Shown here one piece after another: positions 50,200-59,640 of a DNA stretch of 64,000 nt. The position numbers and the translations under genes were made by a program. The stretch is from a virus (taxonomy: Duplodnaviria; Caudoviricetes), in IMG/VR virus record IMGVR_UViG_3300011008_000028. The stretch is one strand, 5' to 3'. Under the pieces are notes generated by a model. It saw nothing but the letters and a program-made list of their open reading frames with translations. It was not told the origin of the DNA and did not search any database. How positions within the stretch are numbered: position 1 is the first letter of the stretch; each line of letters begins with the position of its first letter.

Positions 50200-50302
50200 G
50201 GGCGCTATTCGGTGGTGACTCGGGTCACGGTGCTGGGGATGGTGCATTCAGTTGCTACCTGAATGGTACTGTGTCTTTTTCCTACTGGTATTTTGGCGCC
50301 CG
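50200..50302 (+). repeat. DGR variable-repeat-like cassette, copy 2 (intergenic)
   Basis: Reads ALFGGDSGHGAGDGAFSCYLNGTVSFSYWYFGARL; in-frame stop at 50163 and no ATG/GTG/TTG before it. Confidence 0.85.
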
Positions 50303-50330
50303 ACTTTTAGGAATTCATAAAAGGTCCCAA

Positions 50331-50370
50331 ACACCACACATCCGCCCAGACACGGGCGGATGTGTGGTGT
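50331..50370. terminator. Long hairpin
   Basis: ACACCACACATCCGCCC-AGACAC-GGGCGGATGTGTGGTGT. Confidence 0.75.
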
Positions 50371-50384
50371 GTTTATTGGGCAGA

Positions 50385-52937
50385 TTAAGTTGTCGGGTTC
50401 GCTTGCTGCTGAGAATTAACTCTCATACCCCATGCTTGCTGAATGTATTTGTATTCAGTGCGGAGCATTCCTGTAATGATCGGAATCATCGGGTTGTAGA
50501 GATCATTAATCGCCTGCTGAGTTGTATTAAGAACATTCTGTGAAGCGGTGTACATAGCCGTATCCTGCTCATGCTTCTTCTGAGCTTCTTCACCCTTTTT
50601 CTTTTCCTCTTCTGTCTGATTATCACTAACAGAAGGTGGCTGTTCAGTTTGCTGATCAGGTTTCAGGGAAACAACCTTATTCTTCAGCGATTGCATAGCC
50701 GCAGTAATATCATCGTTCATCTTCTTACATTCTTCATATGTTGTCATCGAAGCGGAAACATCATTAAGCCATTTCTCTACAAGAGTTTTATCAACGACCT
50801 TCTCTCCTGCAGGAATATCGCCAGCGGAAGGATTTCCGAAAAGAACCCAGTTCTGGAAAGCTTTGGGGTTCCAATCTTTAGATGCCCCATATGTGGATGA
50901 ATACAATCTGTCGTCTATACCTTCATACAGAGTCTTTCTGTATTCTTCAAGTCCACCTTCTTTAGTAGCTTTACCCAGATCACAATTGGTGATTGCTGCA
51001 ATCAATTTGTCAAGATGAGTTCCTTTGTTGTACTTATAATCAAAACACTGGATACTTCCATTGAATGTTGCCGAGGTCAGTGCATCTTTGTTCTTCTGAC
51101 ACCAATTAACGGCAGCTTTGAACTGCTGATTGGTGAAGAACTCATCCCACTTCTTCTTGATCCCCTGAAGAAGAGCAAGAATTTTGTTGATTATATCCTG
51201 GAAGGAGAATGCCTCAGAGTAATACCAATCGTCCGCCATCCCCGGTATTGTCTTGACATATTCATCATACATGTTAAGACGGTCCATCTCACTCATCAGA
51301 GAGATTACATCTGCAGCCTCAACAAAGGATCTGTTCGTATCAGGAATAGCAGACATGGTATTGATATTGCTATCATAATCACTCTTTAGAGTTCCGGGGA
51401 TCTTGATGCTTATCTCTTCTATTGCGGACTTGAAATTAGCACGTCTGAGATCATTGATCTTCATCTCAATGTCTCTGCACTTTGACAGTACAGCAACGCC
51501 TGCCGTCTTATATATCTCACTGAGTATAAATCTCATATCATTCATATACTTTAACGTGAGCGTGTTTTTCTGGTTACCAATATCAATCACAGAGTTGGAT
51601 AAGCGACGGTATATGTCAGTGATCTTGTACGCAAATAGCGTGTATGCATATATCATATCACATGCCAGCTGTTCGTAGCCCGCGACAGTATCATCCCGTT
51701 CTCCCTTGCTGTTTACAGGAGTGATATTCTTAATCACCTCGATGAGTTCAAGTAACGGGGAAGTGCTATTGCCGGTACCAAGATTCTTCGATGTGATGAA
51801 GTCTTTGAGGTTACGGAGAACCTTCTCTGGGGCAGCATCGTTGATATTGTCATCGTAGAATGCACGTATTATTGATTCGCTCATATTGGAATCAAAGATG
51901 AAGTTGTATAACGAATTCAGACTTAGCTTTGCATAGACCTTATTCTCTGCGGCCAACTTTGCGAGCTCGTTATCACTATGCCAAGTATCTCTGATGGCTT
52001 TAAGTGTAGGAATATTACCTACAGTAGTAAATGACATCAGCCACTCCGTTACCTTCTCGAGATAGTCATCGTAGTTGAATGGATCGAATATGATAGAATC
52101 GTCAATGTCCTTCATGTATGTTATTTCAGAAAGAGCCACCGCATCCGCAGCCTCGGTCACACATTCATCTTTAGTTGTAGTTCTGGGATCAACGAAGTCT
52201 CTGGCATATACTGTAATTGCATATGCCCTGCATGCGAAGGCAATCATTGTTGTCTTAACATACTCGATTATCCAGTTGCATGCTGAAGCCCTCATCTGTC
52301 CATTGAAGTACGTATACTCCTTGCTCGTCGGGTTAAGAATCACATCTGTAAGATATTCAACCGACTTCTCGATGGACTTGTATATCTCGATACGGTCGTT
52401 GTTATCAAACATATTCTTATTCTTAATGGACTTGAAGAGAGCTTTCTCCTTGTCATCGGCTTTCTGGATGTTGAATGTCATTACTTCATTCACCATCATG
52501 CCGGCATCTGCTGGTCTATCCTTGAATGCATTTCTGCATGTTATTGCAAAGAAATCGGCATACTTCGAATCCTTGGTAATGTCGGTATTCTTTGCGCCAC
52601 GGACAACCCCGTCTGTAAATTGCAGTACGGATGCATAGTCGTATGCAGCAAATATAAATGGCTTTACTCGATCATATTCAACCGAGTATGCGGTATCCAT
52701 CTTATCAGGGTTGGAATTCTGAATAGCCTTCTGAAGTTCTTTGCCGTAAGATTCCCAAGAACGCACGAACGAGTTCACACTTCCCAGGAACGTTCTTACC
52801 TTATAATCATCAACGGAGCCATTGGCTGCGGATGAACGGAATACATCGATCTTAAACTTGGTACATATTTCCGATATGCCAGTTACAGATGCCCTGAATT
52901 CTTCAGCTTTCATCGGAACGGTAAATTTGTTTATCAT
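50385..52937 (-). CDS. Large putative virion / internal protein
   Basis: 850 aa; VTE-A, FVE-A and YYSE-A sites followed by an amphipathic helix. Confidence 0.6.
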   Translation of the reverse strand: MINKFTVPMKAEEFRASVTGISEICTKFKIDVFRSSAANGSVDDYKVRTFLGSVNSFVRSWESYGKELQKAIQNSNPDKMDTAYSVEYDRVKPFIFAAYDYASVLQFTDGVVRGAKNTDITKDSKYADFFAITCRNAFKDRPADAGMMVNEVMTFNIQKADDKEKALFKSIKNKNMFDNNDRIEIYKSIEKSVEYLTDVILNPTSKEYTYFNGQMRASACNWIIEYVKTTMIAFACRAYAITVYARDFVDPRTTTKDECVTEAADAVALSEITYMKDIDDSIIFDPFNYDDYLEKVTEWLMSFTTVGNIPTLKAIRDTWHSDNELAKLAAENKVYAKLSLNSLYNFIFDSNMSESIIRAFYDDNINDAAPEKVLRNLKDFITSKNLGTGNSTSPLLELIEVIKNITPVNSKGERDDTVAGYEQLACDMIYAYTLFAYKITDIYRRLSNSVIDIGNQKNTLTLKYMNDMRFILSEIYKTAGVAVLSKCRDIEMKINDLRRANFKSAIEEISIKIPGTLKSDYDSNINTMSAIPDTNRSFVEAADVISLMSEMDRLNMYDEYVKTIPGMADDWYYSEAFSFQDIINKILALLQGIKKKWDEFFTNQQFKAAVNWCQKNKDALTSATFNGSIQCFDYKYNKGTHLDKLIAAITNCDLGKATKEGGLEEYRKTLYEGIDDRLYSSTYGASKDWNPKAFQNWVLFGNPSAGDIPAGEKVVDKTLVEKWLNDVSASMTTYEECKKMNDDITAAMQSLKNKVVSLKPDQQTEQPPSVSDNQTEEEKKKGEEAQKKHEQDTAMYTASQNVLNTTQQAINDLYNPMIPIITGMLRTEYKYIQQAWGMRVNSQQQANPTT

Positions 52938-52999
52938 ACAAATACATCTCCTTATAATGAATTTATTATGAGTTACACCTTGGTCAAGTCATATGTTAC

Positions 53000-53800
53000 A
53001 TGAATAATAATCTTCACGCAATCAATATTAAAGGGACGGTGGATCAAATGAAAATATATAGATGTATGTACTGTGCTTATAGCGCAATCCCCAATAAGAA
53101 TAAAAAGGGGATTCACTCTGCTAAATATATGATGGGTAAACATTATGAAACCAAACACAAGTCTATGCTTCCTCCAGATATGGACGGATATAGATTCTTT
53201 TACTGGAGTATTACTGGGAAGCAGAATGGAAGTTGCGTAATGTGTAAGTCACCTACGGATTTCAATTATGTGACCATGAAGTATTCCAGGTTTTGTAATA
53301 GCCCAGCATGCAAGCAGAAATACAAGGAAGAACGAGATCGTCGAATGATAGCCAAGTATGGGAAGGTGTATCTATTAGATGATCCGATCATGCAACAGAA
53401 GATGTTACAGGGACGGAAGATATCCGGAACTTATACTTGGTCGGATGGGGTGACCAAGTTCCCGTATGTGGGATCATATGAGCAGGATTTCCTTAGGCAT
53501 ATGGACAAAGACCTTCACTGGCCAGTTGGCGATTTGATCATGCCTAGTCCTCATACATACACATACAAGTTCAAGAATGAAGATCACTTCTATATTCCTG
53601 ATGCATTTATACCTAGCATGAACTGTGAGATTGAGATGAAATCCACAGTTCGACATGAAAAGCAAAACAATCCCGATTCCCGGGAAAAAGAGAAAATAAA
53701 AGATGAATTAATGAAATCATGTAGTAACATAATAAATTACGTTAAGATCGACGATAAGAACTATTCCGAGTTCGACGCACTTATTCAAAAGGAGGAATAA
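53000..53800 (+). CDS. Zinc-finger PD-(D/E)xK nuclease
   Basis: CMYC..H...H, CVMC..C...C, SYE..F, YIPDAF..EIEMKS. Confidence 0.7.
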   Translation: MNNNLHAINIKGTVDQMKIYRCMYCAYSAIPNKNKKGIHSAKYMMGKHYETKHKSMLPPDMDGYRFFYWSITGKQNGSCVMCKSPTDFNYVTMKYSRFCNSPACKQKYKEERDRRMIAKYGKVYLLDDPIMQQKMLQGRKISGTYTWSDGVTKFPYVGSYEQDFLRHMDKDLHWPVGDLIMPSPHTYTYKFKNEDHFYIPDAFIPSMNCEIEMKSTVRHEKQNNPDSREKEKIKDELMKSCSNIINYVKIDDKNYSEFDALIQKEE

Positions 53801-53803
53801 GCC

Positions 53804-54010
53804 ATGATACACGACCTAAGTCAGTACTATATCGACTTTTCCAATCGGACTAATCTTACCGACAGTGAGAAAACTTACCTCGAGAATATTCAGAATTCAT
53901 ACAGACCGATTGAAAGAGTCGAGTTCTTAACTGAGTATCTCCTGATGGCGAAGATCACCAATGATGATTTCATAACCATGACTGGTGTTCCATACGAAGC
54001 AAATCAGTGA
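53804..54010 (+). CDS. Small hypothetical protein
   Basis: AGGAGG RBS. Confidence 0.6.
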   Translation: MIHDLSQYYIDFSNRTNLTDSEKTYLENIQNSYRPIERVEFLTEYLLMAKITNDDFITMTGVPYEANQ

Positions 54011-54075
54011 TACTCAATTATGTTACACATAACAGAAACTATGTCAGGGAGCAATGCTCCCTGACATCATATTTT

Positions 54076-54420
54076 TCATTCTGTTTCTGCCGGGTCTTCG
54101 TTCTTATATGCGTCCAGGATGAGCGCCGTAAGAGGCATGATATCTTCGTCTTTGCAGGACATTCTAACGCCCTTCCATTCACCAGCCGTGATATCCGCGT
54201 AGTCCTTGCCGAAGGTGATATCATTTTCACCCAGGGTAATGAACACAGTGTCTTCGACGATATGTCTTACTTCATAGCCGGTATCGGTTTTGAACAGCCT
54301 AACGAACTCCTTTTCATTGTTCTGGAACTCTTTGATATAGTAGATGATGTACTCCAACGGGACGGCGTTCTTCGGAAGCTCTTTGAAAGCATCTCTACCT
54401 ATTTCATCAATAATGCTCAT
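54076..54420 (-). CDS. Hypothetical protein
   Basis: GAGG RBS; flanked by hairpins. Confidence 0.6.
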   Translation of the reverse strand: MSIIDEIGRDAFKELPKNAVPLEYIIYYIKEFQNNEKEFVRLFKTDTGYEVRHIVEDTVFITLGENDITFGKDYADITAGEWKGVRMSCKDEDIMPLTALILDAYKNEDPAETE

Positions 54421-54493
54421 GTTATTTCCTCCTATTAATACAAAAATTAGTCTCCTTGAAGGAGACTAATTTGATGTTCTTTGATATGAATGT

Positions 54494-55027
54494 TTAATCA
54501 GTGTAACGAGACCATGTTGTGATAATCCACACCGAATGGTCTTCTGTTGGTTCAACATCGACATATGACTCATACCACGCAGCTTCTTTCTCCGTCTTGT
54601 ATGTTTTACCGTTGAGTTTGAAGAACTTTCTGATTTCCTTCTCAGAAGTCGGTCTGTTAAACTGGTACTTTCTCTTCATATAGCCATCGCCATAATTAAT
54701 GGGTTTGGAGTTGATGAACTCAGTTGTCACAACAGCCAATGCATTGGGTTCCTCGAGTTCTTCATCGATACCTATCTTAGTCGTAGTCGGGAGAAGGAAC
54801 ATTACATCGATGAGGTCATATGTTGTGTTCTGTGTGGTTATAGTAATTCCGTCCACGGTGTTCAAAACATTGGTAATGGATGAAGTATTCCAGATAGGCT
54901 TTTCCGTAATTGCGTCAACGAATGTGATATGCATGGGATCGGGCTTCATTGCTTTGAAGATCTTACCGTTTAATGCCTGACCATGACCTCCGGACATTGC
55001 CTTCCTAAGTGTATACAAGTGCGCCAT
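54494..55027 (-). CDS. Hypothetical protein
   Basis: GGAGG RBS. Confidence 0.6.
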   Translation of the reverse strand: MAHLYTLRKAMSGGHGQALNGKIFKAMKPDPMHITFVDAITEKPIWNTSSITNVLNTVDGITITTQNTTYDLIDVMFLLPTTTKIGIDEELEEPNALAVVTTEFINSKPINYGDGYMKRKYQFNRPTSEKEIRKFFKLNGKTYKTEKEAAWYESYVDVEPTEDHSVWIITTWSRYTD

Positions 55028-55029
55028 AG

Positions 55030-55260
55030 TTACCTCCTATTCTTGTTCGAGACGTTCAGAGCATATGCCATAAGAACTCCGGCAGTCATCAACATTACTG
55101 CTCCAACGATGAGATGTTGGATGCCTTCATTCTTCAGTTTGTCTGCCTGCTCTTCGAGACTTTCCGGAGTTGCATCCTTCGGAAGTTCGAAGTTTATCCC
55201 CGGGATGTTGTTGATGACCTGCTCGTAATCATTCATCATGTTACGTTTCCTCCTGTACAT
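55030..55260 (-). CDS. Small single-TM protein
   Basis: C-terminal hydrophobic helix. Confidence 0.55.
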   Translation of the reverse strand: MYRRKRNMMNDYEQVINNIPGINFELPKDATPESLEEQADKLKNEGIQHLIVGAVMLMTAGVLMAYALNVSNKNRR

Positions 55261-55664
55261 TTGAATTTGGTTTCGATATCATGAATGATATCATTGAATT
55301 CCTCTAATACATCCTTATTCTTTTCGAAGGTCTTCTCGAAAATATCCAGATCGATCTCCGTTGAATCAGAACTACAAGAGGAATACATGGTCGTAAGATT
55401 TGCCCATGTGGAGCCGCCTGATACCTCGACATACATCGTATTATCTACATAGGATATTACAATGATCGTCAAGATATCAGGCTTATTGCTGGTGACTGTG
55501 AAACGACGTCTTTCCTTGCTTACTGTAACATACTTGGAAATACGTTTTGTCATTCCTTCACCGCTGGCATGATTGAATATATGCTTCAGCTGTTCGTAGA
55601 CAGGCATCATATCCATCATGCGTTTAGGTTTGAACTCAGGGAACTTAAACTTTTTAAGCATCAT
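55236..55664 (-). CDS. Hypothetical protein
   Basis: GGAGGTG RBS; promoter motif at about 55694-55707. Confidence 0.6.
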   Translation of the reverse strand: MMLKKFKFPEFKPKRMMDMMPVYEQLKHIFNHASGEGMTKRISKYVTVSKERRRFTVTSNKPDILTIIVISYVDNTMYVEVSGGSTWANLTTMYSSCSSDSTEIDLDIFEKTFEKNKDVLEEFNDIIHDIETKFKCTGGNVT

Positions 55665-55727
55665 AACACCTCCGATTTGTTATTCCCTTCATATTAATAA
55701 TATATATTTGAAAATGAAAGAAATGCA

Positions 55728-55757
55728 TGAGTCCCAGGGAATTCCCTGGGACTCATT
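55728..55757. terminator. Perfect 30-bp palindrome
   Basis: ATGAGTCCCAGGGAATTCCCTGGGACTCAT. Confidence 0.7.
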
Positions 55758-55761
55758 GATA

Positions 55762-56622
55762 TTACGAATTTAACCAATCGGTGAGGATGGACTTCGTCTT
55801 CTGACGTATTCCAGATGATGTGATCGGAGATACATATACGTTATCATTCTCTTTCAGAACAACGGAGTTGCCTGTTGCAGTTACTCCGAGAAGATCATCT
55901 GCCGTAAGATCGAATGCTTCACAGATCATGTCTGCATCTTTTGATCCAGCAACAGCCATCTTGGCAAGTTCCGGAAGGAATATAATTGTGCCAACGAAAT
56001 CTTCCATAGCCTTTACAGATTCCTGAATAGGCTGTGTTATTCTGGCCTGAGCTTCACGATGTGACGGGAACATTACCCAGTCATACGTGATGAGCTTGCG
56101 TACATGTACCACGGGCTTTGCTCCTATGGATCTCAGAGCACCGAGGACACGAGCACTGAAGCACGGTATGATTTTACCATCAACAATCTTGATTGCCATG
56201 TTCATACCATACTTGTTACTGGAGTCAGTCTGAATGGTAGCGATAAGAAGATTGCCTTCAAGACGAGGTGAACGGATGAAGTGAGAAGATCTATTGGCAT
56301 CAGGTGTGGAGATCCTCTGCATTGTAAGTTCTTCACCTTGTTTCTGAGCAGATGGGTGATCCATCTCACCAATCCAGGAGTTGTTCTTCAACCATGTCTG
56401 AATCTGCTCATCTGTCTGGATGCAATTCCATACATTCTCGGCTTCATACATTCTCTTGTTACGATTCAGAACGCCGAACGACTGCAGTATGGCATCAAAT
56501 ATCAGATAGAATCTATTACCCTTATCGAATACCTGATAGCCGAAGTTATTACGGTAGTCATCTGTAAACGATGTCTGTTCATGAATATAACACAGGGTTT
56601 CAAGATATTTAGGATCAATCAT
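55762..56622 (-). CDS. Prohead maturation protease (T4 gp21-like)
   Basis: NRNKRMY, GEMDHP, FSARVLG, TYDWVMFPSH. Confidence 0.85.
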   Translation of the reverse strand: MIDPKYLETLCYIHEQTSFTDDYRNNFGYQVFDKGNRFYLIFDAILQSFGVLNRNKRMYEAENVWNCIQTDEQIQTWLKNNSWIGEMDHPSAQKQGEELTMQRISTPDANRSSHFIRSPRLEGNLLIATIQTDSSNKYGMNMAIKIVDGKIIPCFSARVLGALRSIGAKPVVHVRKLITYDWVMFPSHREAQARITQPIQESVKAMEDFVGTIIFLPELAKMAVAGSKDADMICEAFDLTADDLLGVTATGNSVVLKENDNVYVSPITSSGIRQKTKSILTDWLNS

Positions 56623-57746
56623 TATGATCCACCTTCCTTCTCTTCTGTGATGGGAATATCAAAGAGCTCTTCCGCCGACTTTCCAAACTCGAGAACAAAG
56701 TCATCATCCTTAGTGTTATTTTTGATCTGAGGATTCTCCTTATTGATAGCAGTAGCAACTTCCTTCTCAGTTTCACACAGCTGTGCTCTGAGTTTCTCCG
56801 CCTTCTTTTGGTAAGCTTCAATTGTTGCTTCCTGCTTCTTAATTATGACTTCCTTCTTCTTCTCGTCCATGTTCTTGATGTTCTTCAGTTGGTCTATGTT
56901 CATCTTGATGAACTGACACTGCTGATCAAGAGCGGAGATGGTATCTGCTTTCTTCTTGTACTTCAGATACAGACCGGAACGAATCAGAGGAACTATACCG
57001 AAGAGAGAGTTCTTGACACCCTTTACAGCATGAACTGCCAGAGAACCGATCTTCTTACCGCCGGTGATAGCAACATCGATTGCCTGGAGCATCTCGTCAA
57101 CAGCACCTTCCATCATTACAGATTCCTGATAGTTGGAAGGACCCACATCATCGATGGACTTGAGCATTGTTTCAAGATACTGCTTGTGATCTCTACTGGT
57201 GAGCTGCTTTGCATAGTCTGTAAGCATTCTTGCTATGACACCGTTGGTCTGGGCAGATTTCTTCTTGATCTTGATATCGGTACCATTGGATACAACATCA
57301 ACATTGGTAGCCATGATCATTGACAAACCTGTCACCAGCAAATATGCAGCGGTTTCATACTCGTAAACAACCAGACGGGCTTTCTTAGTATATCCCTCAC
57401 TGTACAGAGCAGTGAACTCTTCAAGCTTCTTGAAGATGTTTCTGCAGTCTGTAAGCATTCCAAGATTAGAAACGTTCTTCGATAGGAAATCAATGGAGAA
57501 CTTGATGTTCTCATAAGAATCAAAGTTCTTGATGTTACCTTTCGTTTCACTGATTCTCGTGTCGGTTCCCTTCTTGGAGAGCTGGTCTATAGACTTCACG
57601 AAGTTACGAAGATAACCATAACCTGTCGAAGTATTCTTATTCACATTCTCAGCCGCTTCTGTATATACAGGGGAGAGAACATTTGTCGTACCGGAAATGA
57701 TTTCCATGTAGTCATGTGTAATATTATATGCACTCATTGTATTCAA
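56622..57746 (-). CDS. Putative head protein
   Basis: In an operon with the protease; YTE-A and YQE-S sites. Confidence 0.6.
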   Translation of the reverse strand: MNTMSAYNITHDYMEIISGTTNVLSPVYTEAAENVNKNTSTGYGYLRNFVKSIDQLSKKGTDTRISETKGNIKNFDSYENIKFSIDFLSKNVSNLGMLTDCRNIFKKLEEFTALYSEGYTKKARLVVYEYETAAYLLVTGLSMIMATNVDVVSNGTDIKIKKKSAQTNGVIARMLTDYAKQLTSRDHKQYLETMLKSIDDVGPSNYQESVMMEGAVDEMLQAIDVAITGGKKIGSLAVHAVKGVKNSLFGIVPLIRSGLYLKYKKKADTISALDQQCQFIKMNIDQLKNIKNMDEKKKEVIIKKQEATIEAYQKKAEKLRAQLCETEKEVATAINKENPQIKNNTKDDDFVLEFGKSAEELFDIPITEEKEGGS

Positions 57747-57759
57747 TCTCCCTTCTATA

Positions 57760-59574
57760 TTACTTATTCACCAGACGGTTGAGCTCTCTCATTAACTGGC
57801 TATTGTCCGTCTTGGCAACTTCAGCGTCAATTGCCGACAGGGATTGTACATCCCAATCCGTCATGTTGTCGGGGAATATGTATCTCATCGTTCCTGCCGA
57901 GGAATCAACGATCACAACAGCAATGAGGAAGAGAGACTTCGCAAGGCGAACTGCATTACCTACAACGGAAAGATCGATGCCCGTCTCATTGGTGAGACTT
58001 GTAACATCAGGCTGGGTCAGAATAAGTGTTCCATTCGGAATCGGAATATCGCCCTTATTAAGTCCAGATACAGGACCTCTCATGAGTGATCCATGAGTCT
58101 TATCAAACTCACTGAGTCTCTTGAGAGTGTTGACCCATCTCTTGTTATAATTGATGGACTTTCCAGCATCCTTCTTGATCGCCTTGGTGTTGAAGAGGTA
58201 TTCCCAGTATGAAATTTCGCCAGTCTTGTAGCGAACCTTCTGCAGGGACTTAATCTTACCTGTAACAAGCTCTCTCAGATCCTCTGCCAGATCCTGAGTG
58301 CGGATAAGATGCATTATTGTCTTAACGCCGATGAGGTAGTGAACATCCGTATCAAGCTTGCCTTGAGAACGAACTCTGAAATGACATTCAATCATATATG
58401 GTGCAATGGAGTTCATCTTCTTGATTTCAACTTCTCTTAGGAGAGTTGGAACCTCCGGTCCCTTGATCGTTTCAGGTGCTTTGCGCTGAACAACCTTGGT
58501 GGATGTTGAAGACGTAGATATCTTAGTACGAATTCTACCTGCACCATCGATTTCATAACCCTTAACCTTACCACGACTAATCTCAGCCTTGAATGCAGTG
58601 AGAGCCCGATCATAGCGATCTTCGATTTCCTTCTTATCATCCTTCTTATCATCAGGGACATCCTTCAACGACATCTGGAGAAGTTTCTTATCTTCAGAAG
58701 ATATCCTGTCTCTATCACAGATAATATCGATGAGTTCCGCATCTGTAAGAGGCTTAAGCTGTGTCTGAGTTGTTGCAGACGTTTCCTTGTCATGAGATGC
58801 ATTGTAAGCATCCTGCTCTCTCTTTGCAACTTTCTTTGCAACGAAGCCCTTCTTTTCTGCTTCCTGAAGATATGTGAAACCATCGAGAGGTTCACTGGAA
58901 AGACGAGCACATTCCTTGACAAGATATTCCGATGCCGTCTCAGGAACATATCTGAATTCAACGGTCATATCAGGGGTGATCTGATATTCAGCAAACACAG
59001 ACTCTTTCAGAATGGCATCCAGATCATCGATAGGCTGATAGAAGCCACCGTACATTACATCAACACTCTCCTTGAGGTTGGTGTGGAATTGCTTCAGGAA
59101 AAGGAGTTCATTTGCTTCAGATTCATCAATTATCTTCTTCTGAGCAATTGCTGTCTGAACAAAAGAAGCATACACTCTCTCAAACGTTTTGGAGAGTATC
59201 TGAGCAGCGTTTACGGGCATTGACTGAGTTACATAGCAAGGGAATTGGAGAACTGAGTTCTTTGCTCTGGCGATGATACTTCTGGTATCAACCTTACCCT
59301 TGTTGAGCATTCGGTCAAGCTCACTGGCTGTATCTGCAGCAGGTTTGATTCCCTTATTTGCTACAGCAGTCATTACATTTGCGGCACCCTTGGCACCATT
59401 TCCCATTCCAGGCTGGTTATGACGCCAAACATCGCGTATGGCATCAGTATCGACGTCGGCAACGTCTTTAATTGCGCTGGATATGAATCCTCCCTTCTTC
59501 TCGGTGAGGTATTCATTATTCTTATCGATCATGATATATCGCTCCTTTACAAAAGTGAATTTCCTATTGGACAT
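57760..59574 (-). CDS. Putative head protein
   Basis: 604 aa in the protease operon; LKE-S and YLQE-A sites. Confidence 0.6.
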   Translation of the reverse strand: MSNRKFTFVKERYIMIDKNNEYLTEKKGGFISSAIKDVADVDTDAIRDVWRHNQPGMGNGAKGAANVMTAVANKGIKPAADTASELDRMLNKGKVDTRSIIARAKNSVLQFPCYVTQSMPVNAAQILSKTFERVYASFVQTAIAQKKIIDESEANELLFLKQFHTNLKESVDVMYGGFYQPIDDLDAILKESVFAEYQITPDMTVEFRYVPETASEYLVKECARLSSEPLDGFTYLQEAEKKGFVAKKVAKREQDAYNASHDKETSATTQTQLKPLTDAELIDIICDRDRISSEDKKLLQMSLKDVPDDKKDDKKEIEDRYDRALTAFKAEISRGKVKGYEIDGAGRIRTKISTSSTSTKVVQRKAPETIKGPEVPTLLREVEIKKMNSIAPYMIECHFRVRSQGKLDTDVHYLIGVKTIMHLIRTQDLAEDLRELVTGKIKSLQKVRYKTGEISYWEYLFNTKAIKKDAGKSINYNKRWVNTLKRLSEFDKTHGSLMRGPVSGLNKGDIPIPNGTLILTQPDVTSLTNETGIDLSVVGNAVRLAKSLFLIAVVIVDSSAGTMRYIFPDNMTDWDVQSLSAIDAEVAKTDNSQLMRELNRLVNK

Positions 59575-59640
59575 TTGTTAAGCTTCTGTTTTAGGCCCGC
59601 AAATACAAAAGAAAGCGGGTTTTACCGCTTTCTTCTTGGA

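Noticed and set aside
50200-50302. Copy 2 as the DGR template repeat for copy 1 (or the reverse)
   Set aside because: Each copy has non-A bases at positions where the other differs, so neither can be the template.
50271-50543. 90-aa ORF-track ORF overlapping copy 2
   Set aside because: Starts at a GTG inside the cassette with no RBS and runs through a hairpin and antisense to a real gene.
57760-59574. Major capsid protein call
   Set aside because: Position beside the protease is suggestive, but no HK97-fold motif could be recognised.
59575-59595. AR9-like late promoter AACA-N6-TA
   Set aside because: Good match here, but spacing and sequence are inconsistent upstream of the other structural genes.
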